Positions 1 to 9,259 are shown, numbered from the stretch's first letter. The stretch is 64,000 nucleotides of DNA from an uncultured Chthonomonadaceae bacterium (GCA_963817895.1 CAWFQB010000011.1:297342-361341), one strand, 5' to 3'. The notes: generated by a model from the sequence alone, not told the origin. A program made the numbers and translations.

Positions 1-509
1 TGCAGCCTGACGCCAAAGTATCCACGTATGGACACCGCATGGGCAAACGCGCGTTGGAAGCGTTGGCGGCAGCCGCCGCGCCAACAGATGCGCCGCTTGC
101 AATGTGGACTCAGGCCGTTACCCTGCCGCCGCGCAAGCCCAACGCGCTGTTTTTTCTCGCCGCCGCGCAGATGGGCGCGACCATGCCACAGGCCAGAGAC
201 CTTGTCAACGCGCTCATGCCGACCACTACGGAGATTAATTTTATTCGTATCGGCGACCTGCTGCTGATGGGGTTTCCGTGCGAACCGACGGGCGACATTG
301 GAATGGCCGCGAAAGCGCTTGCCCGTCAATCCGGTTACAAGGTTCCCGCCGTTGTCGCGCTCGTCAATGACTGGCTCGCGTATTGCCTGACGCCGCCGCA
401 ATACAAAGCCGGAAAGTACGAGGCTGTCATGTCGTTTTATGGCGATCAGTTCGGGCCGACACTGTTGGAGGGGGTCAAAACCGGGCTGCTCATGCAGAGC
501 AAGTTGTGA
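1..509 (+). CDS. 3' part of a neutral/alkaline ceramidase-like hydrolase (5' end outside the window)
   Basis: Frame is open from the window start. The motifs RIGDLLLMGFPCEP, LVNDWLAY and Y..GKYE match the C-terminal half of the ceramidase-like family. Confidence 0.6.
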   Translation, partial: QPDAKVSTYGHRMGKRALEALAAAAAPTDAPLAMWTQAVTLPPRKPNALFFLAAAQMGATMPQARDLVNALMPTTTEINFIRIGDLLLMGFPCEPTGDIGMAAKALARQSGYKVPAVVALVNDWLAYCLTPPQYKAGKYEAVMSFYGDQFGPTLLEGVKTGLLMQSKL

Positions 510-564
510 AATAGGGTTGCCGGTAATTTTCAATCCCCGACAACCCCGCGCTACAAAGGCCTTA

Positions 565-666
565 GAGCCTATCCCAATAGGCCGGGTACAGAGAACGTAC
601 CCGTCTGAGTGGCCTACGGCCAAGCGTCCTTCGGACGCAAATGCAATCGCCTGTTGGGATAGGCTC
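565..666. mobile_element. 102-bp non-autonomous MITE, IS5-family-like
   Basis: Terminal inverted repeats GAGCCTATCCCAATAGGC / GCCTGTTGGGATAGGCTC match at 17 of 18 positions. TTA direct repeats flank the element at 562-564 and 667-669. Confidence 0.7.
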
Positions 667-696
667 TTAGATGTAAAACGCGCCCGACACCCGCAT

Positions 697-1749
697 CTAA
701 TTGGTGGGAACCTGGCTCTGGTCCGGGTAAACCTTGCCATCCAGGTAGTTGGCCGCAACGCCGAAGGGATACCACTGGTTCATGCCGCCCGCGCCCTGAT
801 GCTTCACCTTGTCGTAAAAATCCACGCCTGTCGGATGGTTGGCGCTGCCGGAAGCCTCGGTCAGCTTGACATCATAGCCGGTATATGTCTGGCTCGGAAT
901 ATGCCACTTGACGTGCGTATCGCAATACAGGAAGTTGGAGCCGCCGCCGTGATAGTCCTGCGGAGCCTGGTACGGCACATTGTCGGTGGAGTATGTGGCC
1001 GGGGGTGTGCCGCCCGGAATTCCGCCCGCCTGCACCGCGCCCGCCGCGCCGCAACAAGTCTGGTTGAAGGGTGTTCCGTAGCGGTTTACAATGGCGTCAT
1101 ACGCGCTGTTCGGGTCTTTGTCCATCTCCTGCGCCGCTTCGTAAAGCAGAATCAGGTTGGTTGCCTGCGCGGTCAGGTCCGGGTTGAATGGCGAGTAGTT
1201 GCCCGGATCGGAGGCGCAGCCTTTCGCTATGCCGCAGTCCGTTGATTTCTGGTAGGGACTGTTCAAGGGGCCAAGCCAGCCGACTTGAAGATACTGATTC
1301 ATCACGTAGTTCTGGCCGGGGGGCTGCGAGCCGAACCCGGCGACATTACTGCGGCGAGTAGCGGCATCGGGGCAGGCCCAGACATTGGAAGAGCCGCCGT
1401 TACCCCGCTGCTTGACGTAGGGGCCGATACCGCCCGCGTCCACATACGAGCCGCCGTTGTAGTAGCCGATTACCCACGTCGGGCTGTAGTTCGACGGCCC
1501 GGTGTAGGTTGTATTGGTAATGGGCATGGGGTAGCCGCCGTCGTAGTCCTGCGCATACAGCGTGAAGGCGGTTCCCATCTGCTTGAAGTTGGATTGGCAG
1601 CTTGCCTGCCGCGCTTTTTCCCGCGCCTGCGCAAACACGGGAAAGAGTATCGCGGCTAAAATCGCGATGATAGCGATAACGACGAGCAGTTCGATAAGCG
1701 TAAACGCGCTTCGGCCTGCGCCTGCTGATTTTTGAATGCTTCTGGACAT
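697..1749 (-). CDS. DUF1559 prepilin-type N-terminal cleavage/methylation protein (H-X9-DG-like C-terminus)
   Basis: [34 protein letters not shown]-terminus; [15 protein letters not shown] near the C-terminus; AAGGAG RBS. Confidence 0.92.
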   Translation of the reverse strand: MSRSIQKSAGAGRSAFTLIELLVVIAIIAILAAILFPVFAQAREKARQASCQSNFKQMGTAFTLYAQDYDGGYPMPITNTTYTGPSNYSPTWVIGYYNGGSYVDAGGIGPYVKQRGNGGSSNVWACPDAATRRSNVAGFGSQPPGQNYVMNQYLQVGWLGPLNSPYQKSTDCGIAKGCASDPGNYSPFNPDLTAQATNLILLYEAAQEMDKDPNSAYDAIVNRYGTPFNQTCCGAAGAVQAGGIPGGTPPATYSTDNVPYQAPQDYHGGGSNFLYCDTHVKWHIPSQTYTGYDVKLTEASGSANHPTGVDFYDKVKHQGAGGMNQWYPFGVAANYLDGKVYPDQSQVPTN

Positions 1750-1848
1750 TTCAACTCCTTTTGCTTCTATGCCCTTACTGAAAATTGCGTAAATCCGCGA
1801 ATGTCAGCCGCCAAATCGTACTGCGCGGCTTCGTTCGTCAGACGTATC

Positions 1849-1904
1849 AGTATGCTGGATTTGTTGTTAAGGAGTCTTTAAGGTAAGGTTAAATGTTGAT
1901 TAAG
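1849..1904 (-). promoter_or_regulatory. Pho-box-like (OmpR/PhoB-type) promoter: four YTTAA repeats at 11-bp period plus -10 CATACT
   Basis: TTAA cores at 1867, 1878, 1889 and 1900. On the minus strand the last TTAACA is followed by 10 nt and then CATACT. Confidence 0.6.
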
Positions 1905-1999
1905 AAGAAGAATGTTATAAGGCGCATGTAAAATGGCAATACGTATACAACATGTTGCGTCCAAACAAACATTCATTTGAGCAACAGCGCGGTAAAGGC

Positions 2000-2060
2000 A
2001 AAAACTAAAAAGCCCCTCTCCTGGCGCGTTGCGCGGCAAGGAGAGGGGCTGGGGTGAGGT
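2000..2060 (-). terminator. GC-rich hairpin (CCCCTCTCC...GGAGAGGGG, REP-like) with a U-tract on the minus strand
   Basis: AGCCCCTCTCCT (2011-2022) pairs with AGGAGAGGGGCT (2039-2050). The minus strand continues TTTTAGTTTTT, just downstream of the 2068-2901 gene. Confidence 0.65.
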
Positions 2061-2067
2061 CAAGCGA

Positions 2068-2901
2068 TTACGGGCAGGTATCGTCCTGAATGGACCACTC
2101 GCAGGCAGTGGTTGAGCCATACTTGCGGTATTTGGCATGTCCGTCACCGAACAGGGCTTCAAATCCCCCGTTATGGCGGTACGCCACTTTGGAGGCGGTA
2201 TCCGTTTTGAAATGGTCGGTGCGATCCTCGGATTGAATTCCCCGGATGCTGTTGCCCTGCACGGTTGGGTCGTTCGGCGGCGCGGTTCCCGTCATGGTTT
2301 CACAAATATGAATTGTGCCTGCCGGGTCTTGAATTTGCGCCTCGATGACAGATGCGGTCGTTCCCGTTGTCACGAACCCACTTTTTTCATTGAGAGCGGT
2401 TTTGAAATTCGGAGTAAACCAGGCTGCTGTTGTGTTGGGAATCAGGTTACGCCCGTAGGACAGCGCGTTCACCAGAAAGGGCTGCAAATTCGTGCCATCC
2501 CCGGCGGTCAGGATACCGAAGGATATGTCCGTCCGCGTTTGTCCCGTATACTGCTTGGTTGAGGGTACGATGTAAGTGGTATCCACGCCAAAGGTGTCTT
2601 TTTTCACCGTGTCCGGGCAGACGAACACCTGCTCGTTCTTGATGTAGGGCTGAATCATGGTGGGCCAGGAGACGATTTGCGTGCCGGTTCCCAACTGCGA
2701 GGGCGGGTACTGGCTGTCATAATCCGACTGGTACATAATCAGCGCTTTGCCGATCTGGTTCAGGTTGCTGATACAGGCGGTCTGGCGGGCTTTTTCGCGC
2801 GCCTGCGCGAAAACAGGAAAGAGGATGGCGGCGAGAATCGCGATAATGGCTATGACAACGAGCAATTCAATCAGGGTGAAAGCGTTTTGCTTTCGGAGCA
2901 T
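2068..2901 (-). CDS. DUF1559 prepilin-type protein with H-X9-DG motif
   Basis: [20 protein letters not shown] start with AGGAG RBS upstream of 2901; [15 protein letters not shown]. Confidence 0.92.
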   Translation of the reverse strand: MLRKQNAFTLIELLVVIAIIAILAAILFPVFAQAREKARQTACISNLNQIGKALIMYQSDYDSQYPPSQLGTGTQIVSWPTMIQPYIKNEQVFVCPDTVKKDTFGVDTTYIVPSTKQYTGQTRTDISFGILTAGDGTNLQPFLVNALSYGRNLIPNTTAAWFTPNFKTALNEKSGFVTTGTTASVIEAQIQDPAGTIHICETMTGTAPPNDPTVQGNSIRGIQSEDRTDHFKTDTASKVAYRHNGGFEALFGDGHAKYRKYGSTTACEWSIQDDTCP

Positions 2902-2987
2902 GGTTATTCTCCTGACATGCGAAAACAGAGATAATGGCAGACAACCATTAGAGATTGTCCTGAATTCAGGTAACACATATTCAATAT

Positions 2988-3017
2988 TAAGGAGAGACAC
3001 GAAAGTATCTCTCCTTA
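2988..3017. other. Intergenic hairpin
   Basis: TAAGGAGAGA-CACGAAAGTA-TCTCTCCTTA, lying between two DUF1559 genes. Confidence 0.5.
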
Positions 3018-3070
3018 CGTTTTTCAAAGCAACATTTCAATTGGGCGTGAACCCTGCCGCGTCAACATGC

Positions 3071-3961
3071 TTACGGACAGGAGACGCCTGCGACGCGGCA
3101 GTGATTCACAAGGAACTCGCCCGGATCGTTGGCGGTCGGCGCCCAGCCATGCTTTTGCGGCTTACGCGATTTCACGTGGCCGTCACAGTACAGGTAATTG
3201 GACTGAGTGGTGTGCCACCCCATTACGCCATGCTGATCGCATGCGTAACCGGTAAGTTCCGTCTTGCATTGGGCGTCCGTATCAAACCAACCTCCTACGG
3301 ACTCCCAGGTTCCCGCACGTCCGGTGCTGCCGTTATAGGCATCCGTGCTGGATTCGGGAATGCCTTCGAAGATAAGGTCTGTGGCGGCAGGAAAGTTGAT
3401 ACCGGCCTGCGAAATGCCACCCGGCAGATAGTTGAGCGTCTGGTAGCCTTTTGGCGCAATCGCGTAGTTGTAGTTATCAACGTCATCAACCGTGACGCCT
3501 TTTGTGGTTATTCCCGGCGAACGCAGCAAGCCATTCATGGCGTAACTGCGTGGGAAGTTCAGGTAGTAGTTATTTGTGCCCGGAACCGGCGCTGTGCCCA
3601 TAGGCTTCAAGGGATTATCAGGGCAGTTGAATACCTGTGACAATGACTTGCCCCGGTTTTTAAGATAGGGATCGAGAACTACGCTGACGCCATAATTGTC
3701 AAGATAGTCCCAAGAGGCTGATGAACCGGCGATACCGCCCGGCGTGGGAAACAGCTCATCGTAATCCTGAGAGTACATTAAAAATGCGGTACCCAACTGC
3801 TTCAGGTTGGATTGGCAGCTTGACTGCCTGGCTTTTTCGCGGGCCTGCGCGAAGACGGGGAAAAGGATGGCGGCGAGAATCGCGATAATGGCGATGACGA
3901 CGAGCAATTCGATCAGGGTGAAACCACTGCGTTGCGGGAAACGTCGGTTTCTCAGGGTCAT
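3071..3961 (-). CDS. DUF1559 prepilin-type protein with H-X9-DG motif
   Basis: [38 protein letters not shown]. Confidence 0.92.
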   Translation of the reverse strand: MTLRNRRFPQRSGFTLIELLVVIAIIAILAAILFPVFAQAREKARQSSCQSNLKQLGTAFLMYSQDYDELFPTPGGIAGSSASWDYLDNYGVSVVLDPYLKNRGKSLSQVFNCPDNPLKPMGTAPVPGTNNYYLNFPRSYAMNGLLRSPGITTKGVTVDDVDNYNYAIAPKGYQTLNYLPGGISQAGINFPAATDLIFEGIPESSTDAYNGSTGRAGTWESVGGWFDTDAQCKTELTGYACDQHGVMGWHTTQSNYLYCDGHVKSRKPQKHGWAPTANDPGEFLVNHCRVAGVSCP

Positions 3962-4071
3962 GCGTTCGGCTCCTTCTTAACTCGCAGAACATAATGGATG
4001 ATTTCTGTGGCGGTCGTTGCCGCGAAGCAGTCTTCCGTTGGTTTGGAGGCTGCCGCCTACTTAACACTCTT

Positions 4072-4105
4072 ATTGTACCCGCTGCATTGTTAAGAATATG
4101 TTAAG
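4072..4105 (-). promoter_or_regulatory. Pho-box-like promoter: CTTAACA-N4-CTTAACA plus -10 TACAAT
   Basis: Minus strand reads CTTAACATATTCTTAACA-ATGCAGCGGG-TACAAT, the same 11-bp period and 10-nt spacing as at 1849-1904. Confidence 0.6.
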
Positions 4106-4168
4106 AAACGCGAGATTAGTGCTGGATTCGCGCGTTTCTAAAATGGTTTTGCGAGATTCACGCCAAGT

Positions 4169-4186
4169 TTGTGAGTTTTTGCGCAA
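4169..4186. promoter_or_regulatory. Possible Rex operator
   Basis: TTGTGAG-TTTT-TGCGCAA matches TTGTGAA-N4-TTCACAA at 11 of 14 positions and lies just upstream of the rex promoter. Confidence 0.35.
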
Positions 4187-4200
4187 ACGTGTTGCGCGTC

Positions 4201-4229
4201 TTGACGCGCTTTACGCCGACTGGTATACT
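4201..4229 (+). promoter_or_regulatory. Sigma70-type promoter of rex
   Basis: TTGACG-N17-TATACT with an extended -10 TG. Confidence 0.7.
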
Positions 4230-4363
4230 GAAATGTCTGCTGTCATGCAAATTGTGGCTAATTTTCGGATGAGCGTTGCAACGCGCTTGCAGACGCCCTG
4301 TTGTTTTCAGGCTCGATTGCCTGTTGTTGCCTGTCCCATTCTTTTGCGCAGTGAGGTGCATCC

Positions 4364-5155
4364 TTGTCTCAAGAGGCCAATGGAAAGCGTTCGTCTCCGC
4401 CCCCGATACCCACCGTGGAGCGGTTGGCGACGTATCTGCGATTTCTTATTGATCTGGAACAGTCCCATGTAGACACGATTTCGTCTGCGGAAGTGGAGCA
4501 TCAGACCGGCATCAACGCCGCTCAATTTCGCAAAGACCTCTCTTACCTCGGACACACGGGCAAACCGGGCGTCGGCTACAACGTGCAGGATTTGCAGTCG
4601 CGCATCACGCGCATTTTACAGATTGATAAGGAGCAGCGGGTGATTCTGGTTGGCGCGGGAAATCTCGGTTCCGCGCTTGTCGGCTATCCCGGCTTGCAGG
4701 AACACCGTTTCAATCTGGTCGCCGTGTTCGACAACAATTTCGGCAAAATCGGCAGGCCCATGTGGAACCTGCAAATCATGGACGTGGAGCGTTTGCAGGA
4801 GGCCAATCAACTGCTGGGCGCGCGTATTGCTATCCTTGCCGTTCCCGCGCCCGCCGCGCAAAAAGTGGCCGACCAGATGGTGGAAGCGGGCATACGCGCC
4901 ATTCTGAATTTCGCGCCCCTTTTGCTGCGCGTTCCCAACGACGTGTTTGTCCGCAATGTCTCATTTTTGCAGGAGTTGGCCGTGCTGTCCTACCATCTTT
5001 CCAGTGACCTGCTGCCCAATCTGCCGCACCTGCTGGACGCGGGCGGCGACAGCTTCACCATGCCGAAAGACCTCTCTTCACCTGACAATAACGGTCATCA
5101 GACCGACAGTTCTCCCGATGTTCTTTTAAGTGTTGAGAGTACGGACGCGGCCTAG
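4364..5155 (+). CDS. rex: Redox-sensing transcriptional repressor Rex
   Basis: IPTVERLATYLR, RKDLSYLG..GKPGVGY winged helix, VGAGNLG Rossmann motif, ILNFAP. Confidence 0.95.
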   Translation: MSQEANGKRSSPPPIPTVERLATYLRFLIDLEQSHVDTISSAEVEHQTGINAAQFRKDLSYLGHTGKPGVGYNVQDLQSRITRILQIDKEQRVILVGAGNLGSALVGYPGLQEHRFNLVAVFDNNFGKIGRPMWNLQIMDVERLQEANQLLGARIAILAVPAPAAQKVADQMVEAGIRAILNFAPLLLRVPNDVFVRNVSFLQELAVLSYHLSSDLLPNLPHLLDAGGDSFTMPKDLSSPDNNGHQTDSSPDVLLSVESTDAA

Positions 5156-5217
5156 CCGCTATTGAACGGGTTCCCTGTTGAGGCCAGTGTCGCAACGGAC
5201 ACTCGCGTAACCTATTT

Positions 5218-5237
5218 ACCTAACAACCTAACAACCT
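5218..5237 (+). repeat. Solo arm of the (CCTAACAA)n array
   Basis: ACCTAACAACCTAACAACCT just before the sirC-like start; same unit as at 8205 and 17250. Confidence 0.6.
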
Positions 5238-5241
5238 TATC

Positions 5242-5898
5242 ATGTCCTTATTGTTTCCCATTTACGCCGATGTTGTCGGCAAGCGGTGCGTGGTTGTAGG
5301 TGGCGGCAGGGTGGCCGAGCGCAAAGTGGCGGATTTGCTGGCGGCGAACGCGCAGGTATGCGTTGTCAGCCCCGAAGTGACGCCCACGCTCACGCGGCAG
5401 GCGGCAGACGGCGCAATCGAATGGCTTGCCGCGCCCTATACGCCCGAACACCTGGAGGGCGCGTGGCTTGTTTTCGCGGCGACCAATATCCGCGCCGTGA
5501 ATGCGCAGGTGTCACAGGACGCGATGGCCCGCCGTTGTTTTGTCAATGTCGCCGACGCGCCCGAAGACAGCGGTTTTCTCGTGCCGTCCGTCGTACGGCG
5601 CGGCGATTTATGTCTGAGCGTATCCACCGGCGGCAACAATCCGATTCTGTCCCGCAAACTGTCGCAGGAACTGCAGGCGCGATATGGCCCGGAATATGGC
5701 CTGCTCGTGGAACTTTTGGGGCAGATGCGTGTCTATGTAAAGACAGGGACGACGGATATGGAGCAGCGCCGTTTTGCCCTGTCCCAATTGGTGGAGCGCG
5801 AGGCCGAACTGCGCGCGCTGCTGAAAGCGGGTAATGCAGACGGGGCGCGCGAACTTGCAGAGAGTATTGTCCATGCGGTTTTTGCCGATAAATTTTAG
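5242..5898 (+). CDS. sirC: Precorrin-2 dehydrogenase / sirohydrochlorin ferrochelatase (SirC/Met8/CysG N-terminal type)
   Basis: VVGGGRVAERK, VNVADAPE, VPSVVRRGDL, VSTGGNNP. Confidence 0.9.
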   Translation: MSLLFPIYADVVGKRCVVVGGGRVAERKVADLLAANAQVCVVSPEVTPTLTRQAADGAIEWLAAPYTPEHLEGAWLVFAATNIRAVNAQVSQDAMARRCFVNVADAPEDSGFLVPSVVRRGDLCLSVSTGGNNPILSRKLSQELQARYGPEYGLLVELLGQMRVYVKTGTTDMEQRRFALSQLVEREAELRALLKAGNADGARELAESIVHAVFADKF

Positions 5899-5916
5899 GA
5901 TTGTGGAGTAAGCAGT

Positions 5917-7353
5917 TTGCATTTAGTTCTGGTTGGAATCAGTCACCACGAAGCGCCGATTGAGCTGCGGGAACGCCTGAATTGCGCCCCGCATACTCTC
6001 CATGACGCGCTGGCGCATTTGTCCGCCTGCCCCGGCGTCACAGAGGGCGTGATTCTTTCCACCTGCAACCGCATGGAGGTATACGCTGCGGTTCACGGTT
6101 CCAGTGTGGAAGAGGCTTACCGCGCCCTGACCCATCACCTTGCCCGCTTCCACCAGATTCCCGAAGCCGCGTTTGCCGCTCGCCTGTACTGCAAATCCGA
6201 AGCGGAAGCGGGCGCGCATCTGCTGCGGGTCGCGGGCGGGCTGGATTCCCTTGTCCTGGGCGAACCACAGATATTGGGGCAGGTGAAAGCCGCCCTGAAA
6301 TCCGCGCAAACCGCGCAATCCAGCGGGCCGCTTGTTTCCAAACTGTTCACCTTTGCGCTTGAAGTGGGAAAACGGATACGGACGGAAACCGGCATCGGCA
6401 AAGGCGGATTTTCCATCGGCCACGCGGCAGTGGGACTGGCGCAGCGCATTTTAGACGATTTCTCGCGCGCTCGCGTATTGATTCTGGGCGCGGGCAAAAT
6501 GAGCGAAGTGACTGCCGCGCATTTGAAACGCAGCGGCGTCCAGTTTGTCGTTGTCGCCAATCGCACGTATGACAAAGCCGTCACCCTTGCGCAGCGGTTG
6601 GGCGGGCAGGCCATTCAGTACGACCAGTTTCTGGACGAAATGGTTCGGGCGGATATTGTGATCGCTTCCACCGCCGCGCCTCACCCCATTCTGCGCCGCG
6701 AAATGCTTGCGCCCGTGATGAAAAAACGCCGGGGCAAACCGCTGTTTCTGATTGACATAGCCCTGCCCCGCGACATTGACCCCGATGTGAACGGGCTGGA
6801 AAACGTTTATCTGCGCAACATTGACGACCTACAGGAGTACATGGCGCAGGATACCCGCGCCCGCTCGTCCGAAGTGGCGGCAGCCGAACAGATTATCACT
6901 GCGGAAATCGCCGCGTTCATGTCGTGGCTGCGGCAGCGCGAAGCGGTTCCCGTGATTGCCCGTCTGCGCTCCCATCTGGAAGACATGACGCAGGAACGCT
7001 TAAATATTCTGCGTTCGCGTCTTGGCGACATAAATCCGCGCGACTGGCAAATCATCGAAACCCAGATGCGCGCCCTGATGGATCAAGTCGCCCTCGAACC
7101 CACCCGCCGCCTGAAACGCGCCATGCAGGAAGCCAACGCGGAAACCGGCGCATCCCCACAGTACGACCTTCTGGAAGCCACGACGGAGTTGTTCGGACTC
7201 GAGGAAAGAAAAGGAGAAAAGGAGAAAAGGAGAAAAGGAGAAGAGGAGGGAGAAGAAGCCGAACTCCCAACACCCAACACCCAACACCCAACACCGGATT
7301 CATCCTTCATCCTTCATCCTTCATCCTTTGCCACTGCGGAGGCGCTGCCATGA
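5917..7353 (+). CDS. hemA: Glutamyl-tRNA reductase with a repeat-encoded C-terminal tail
   Basis: LSTCNRME, GLDSLVLGEPQILGQVK, GAGKM, DIALPRDID. Confidence 0.96.
   Translation: MHLVLVGISHHEAPIELRERLNCAPHTLHDALAHLSACPGVTEGVILSTCNRMEVYAAVHGSSVEEAYRALTHHLARFHQIPEAAFAARLYCKSEAEAGAHLLRVAGGLDSLVLGEPQILGQVKAALKSAQTAQSSGPLVSKLFTFALEVGKRIRTETGIGKGGFSIGHAAVGLAQRILDDFSRARVLILGAGKMSEVTAAHLKRSGVQFVVVANRTYDKAVTLAQRLGGQAIQYDQFLDEMVRADIVIASTAAPHPILRREMLAPVMKKRRGKPLFLIDIALPRDIDPDVNGLENVYLRNIDDLQEYMAQDTRARSSEVAAAEQIITAEIAAFMSWLRQREAVPVIARLRSHLEDMTQERLNILRSRLGDINPRDWQIIETQMRALMDQVALEPTRRLKRAMQEANAETGASPQYDLLEATTELFGLEERKGEKEKRRKGEEEGEEAELPTPNTQHPTPDSSFILHPSSFATAEALP
7208..7326 (+). repeat. Three consecutive short tandem arrays inside the hemA 3' end
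   Basis: (GAAAAGGA)x4 at 7208-7239, (CCCAACA)x4 at 7266-7293, (TTCATCC)x4 at 7299-7326. Confidence 0.9.
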
Positions 7354-8207
7354 CCTTTGCTTTCTGGAACGCGATTGCGTTCGCGCTTTATTTAGCCGCT
7401 GCCGCTTGCAGCGGGGCAGTGTTGTTCCTGCGCGCGCCTGCCGCGCCCCTGTTGGCGCAGGCAAATTCCGGCAGCCCGCGCGCCGAGCGTTGGAGCCGTC
7501 CTTTACTGGGGTTGGGATTACTGGCGCAGTTTGTTGCCATCGGTCTTTGGTGCGTATCCACACGCCATTCCCCGTTCGCAAGCACGTATGGAACAATGGC
7601 GGTGCTGGCATGGATTATCGCCCTCGCGTATCTTGCCGTAGATTGGCGCAGTCGGCTTCCCGCGGTTGGGGCGATTGCTCTGCTCGTCGCCTGCGTCGTT
7701 TTATTCTGGGGCAGCCTGCACGCGCACAACGATTTAGCCAACGCCGCCTACATCAATAACCAGATGGTCAGCCTGCATGTGCTGGCGATACTGGCGAGTT
7801 TTGCCCTGTTCGCGCTGGCGTTCGGCTGCGCCATCCTGTATCTTGTGCAAAATAGATTGCTCAAAGCGCCCCACGTTCCCGAAACCCTGCGCCGCCTGCC
7901 GCCGCTTGCCACGCTGGACGGGGTTGCCTATCACAGCGTCGCGTTCGCCCTGCCCCTGCTCACGCTCGGCCTGACGTTGGGGATCGTTTTCATCTATAGC
8001 GGCGTTCGCCCACACTCACCCGCGAACTGGTTTGCCGACCCGACAACCCTGCTTTCCTTTGTCGCGTGGGGATTATACGTGGTTTATCTCGCCGCCCGTC
8101 TGGGATTGGGCTGGCGCGGCGTCCGCCTGCAATACATTCTGCTGGCCGGACTGGTGCTTGCCCTCGCCGTGTACGCCCTGCCGTCTACGCTGCACCATTT
8201 TGGGTAG
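7350..8207 (+). CDS. ccsA: Cytochrome c assembly protein CcsA/HemX-like membrane protein
   Basis: ATGA overlap with the hemA stop; multiple TM helices; SLHV, LPPLATLD and W..DP motifs. Confidence 0.85.
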   Translation: MTFAFWNAIAFALYLAAAACSGAVLFLRAPAAPLLAQANSGSPRAERWSRPLLGLGLLAQFVAIGLWCVSTRHSPFASTYGTMAVLAWIIALAYLAVDWRSRLPAVGAIALLVACVVLFWGSLHAHNDLANAAYINNQMVSLHVLAILASFALFALAFGCAILYLVQNRLLKAPHVPETLRRLPPLATLDGVAYHSVAFALPLLTLGLTLGIVFIYSGVRPHSPANWFADPTTLLSFVAWGLYVVYLAARLGLGWRGVRLQYILLAGLVLALAVYALPSTLHHFG

Positions 8208-8353
8208 GTTGTTAGTTGTTAGGTTGTTAGGTCTTTGAGGTACTGATAACCTGTGGCCTGATTGACAACGCTCTCCATTTGCTTGTACACTACAATGATT
8301 GAAATACCAACTTTCCTATTGTAACCAATCCAACCACCTAACAACTAACAACT
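8205..8353. repeat. Inverted tandem-array element (TAGGTTGT/TAGTTGT units) enclosing a promoter-like spacer
   Basis: Left arm 8205-8232; right arm ACCTAACAACTAACAACT 8336-8353; TTGACA (8262)-N18-TACACT (8286) in the spacer. Confidence 0.75.
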
Positions 8354-8365
8354 CAGTCGAAAGCG

Positions 8366-9259
8366 ATGCCCATGAAACTGTGCGCCATTACCGATGAAAT
8401 ATCACAGGAGTTTGAACACGCGCTGGACGTGTTGCTGGAATATGGCGCGACCGGGGCGGAACTGCGCGGGCTATGGGGAACCAATATTGCCGACCTGAGC
8501 GAAGAGCAGGCGCAAAAAGCCAAAAACGCCTTGCAGGAGCGCGGACTCGCGGTTCCCTGCCTGTCCACGCCGTTCTACAAGTGCGACCTGAACATACAGA
8601 CCCCAAATCCGGGCGAGGAAGCCGGACCGATGCACCTTGCGCAGGCGCGGACGATGGAACAGCAGGCCGAACTGCTGGAACGCTGCATCCGGCTGGCGCA
8701 TTTCTTTGAGTCGCCGTTCCTGCGCGTGTTCGCCTTCTGGCGCAAGGACGTGATGACGCCCGCCATCGAGCAGCGCATCATAGACGCTTTTGAAGCGCCT
8801 GTTGAGCGGGCGTCAAAAGAGGGCGTAACCCTCGTATTGGAAAATGAACACGCCTGTTTTGTCGGTTCGGGAGCGGAGGCCGCTAAGATTTTGAGCCAGA
8901 TCAACTCGCCCTGTTTGCGCGCCTGCTGGGACCCCGGCAACGCTTTTTCGCTTGGCGAACTCCCATTTCCCGATGGCTACGAGGCCATCAAACCCTATAT
9001 CGCGCATGTCCACATCAAGGACGCGCGCATGGCGCAAACACCCGATCATGGTTTACAGCCGCAATGGTGCGTGGTAGGCGAGGGTGAGATAGACTATCCG
9101 GGCCAGTTCGCCTCCCTCAAACAGGACGGCTATGACGGCTGGATTTCGCTGGAAACCCATTACCGCCCGCCAACCGGTTCCGGTCAGGACGGCAAAGGCA
9201 CGGCGGAAGAGGGTTCGCGCCCCTGCCTGGCCTACCTTAGCAGGGTTCTAGGGTTTTAG
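8366..9259 (+). CDS. Sugar phosphate isomerase/epimerase (xylose isomerase-like TIM barrel)
   Basis: ITDEIS, LENE, WDPGN, HVHIKD and ISLETH metal-binding motifs. Confidence 0.9.
   Translation: MPMKLCAITDEISQEFEHALDVLLEYGATGAELRGLWGTNIADLSEEQAQKAKNALQERGLAVPCLSTPFYKCDLNIQTPNPGEEAGPMHLAQARTMEQQAELLERCIRLAHFFESPFLRVFAFWRKDVMTPAIEQRIIDAFEAPVERASKEGVTLVLENEHACFVGSGAEAAKILSQINSPCLRACWDPGNAFSLGELPFPDGYEAIKPYIAHVHIKDARMAQTPDHGLQPQWCVVGEGEIDYPGQFASLKQDGYDGWISLETHYRPPTGSGQDGKGTAEEGSRPCLAYLSRVLGF

Noticed and set aside
439..3640. Long plus-strand ORFs (439-1245, 2747-3640)
   Set aside because: Shadows of the minus-strand DUF1559 genes.
697..3961. Diversity-generating retroelement acting on the pilin genes
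   Set aside because: No reverse transcriptase and no template/variable repeat pair was seen.
6924..7349. N-terminal extension of the 427-aa ccsA ORF
   Set aside because: It overlaps hemA; the ATG at 7350 with GGAGG and the ATGA overlap is the better start.
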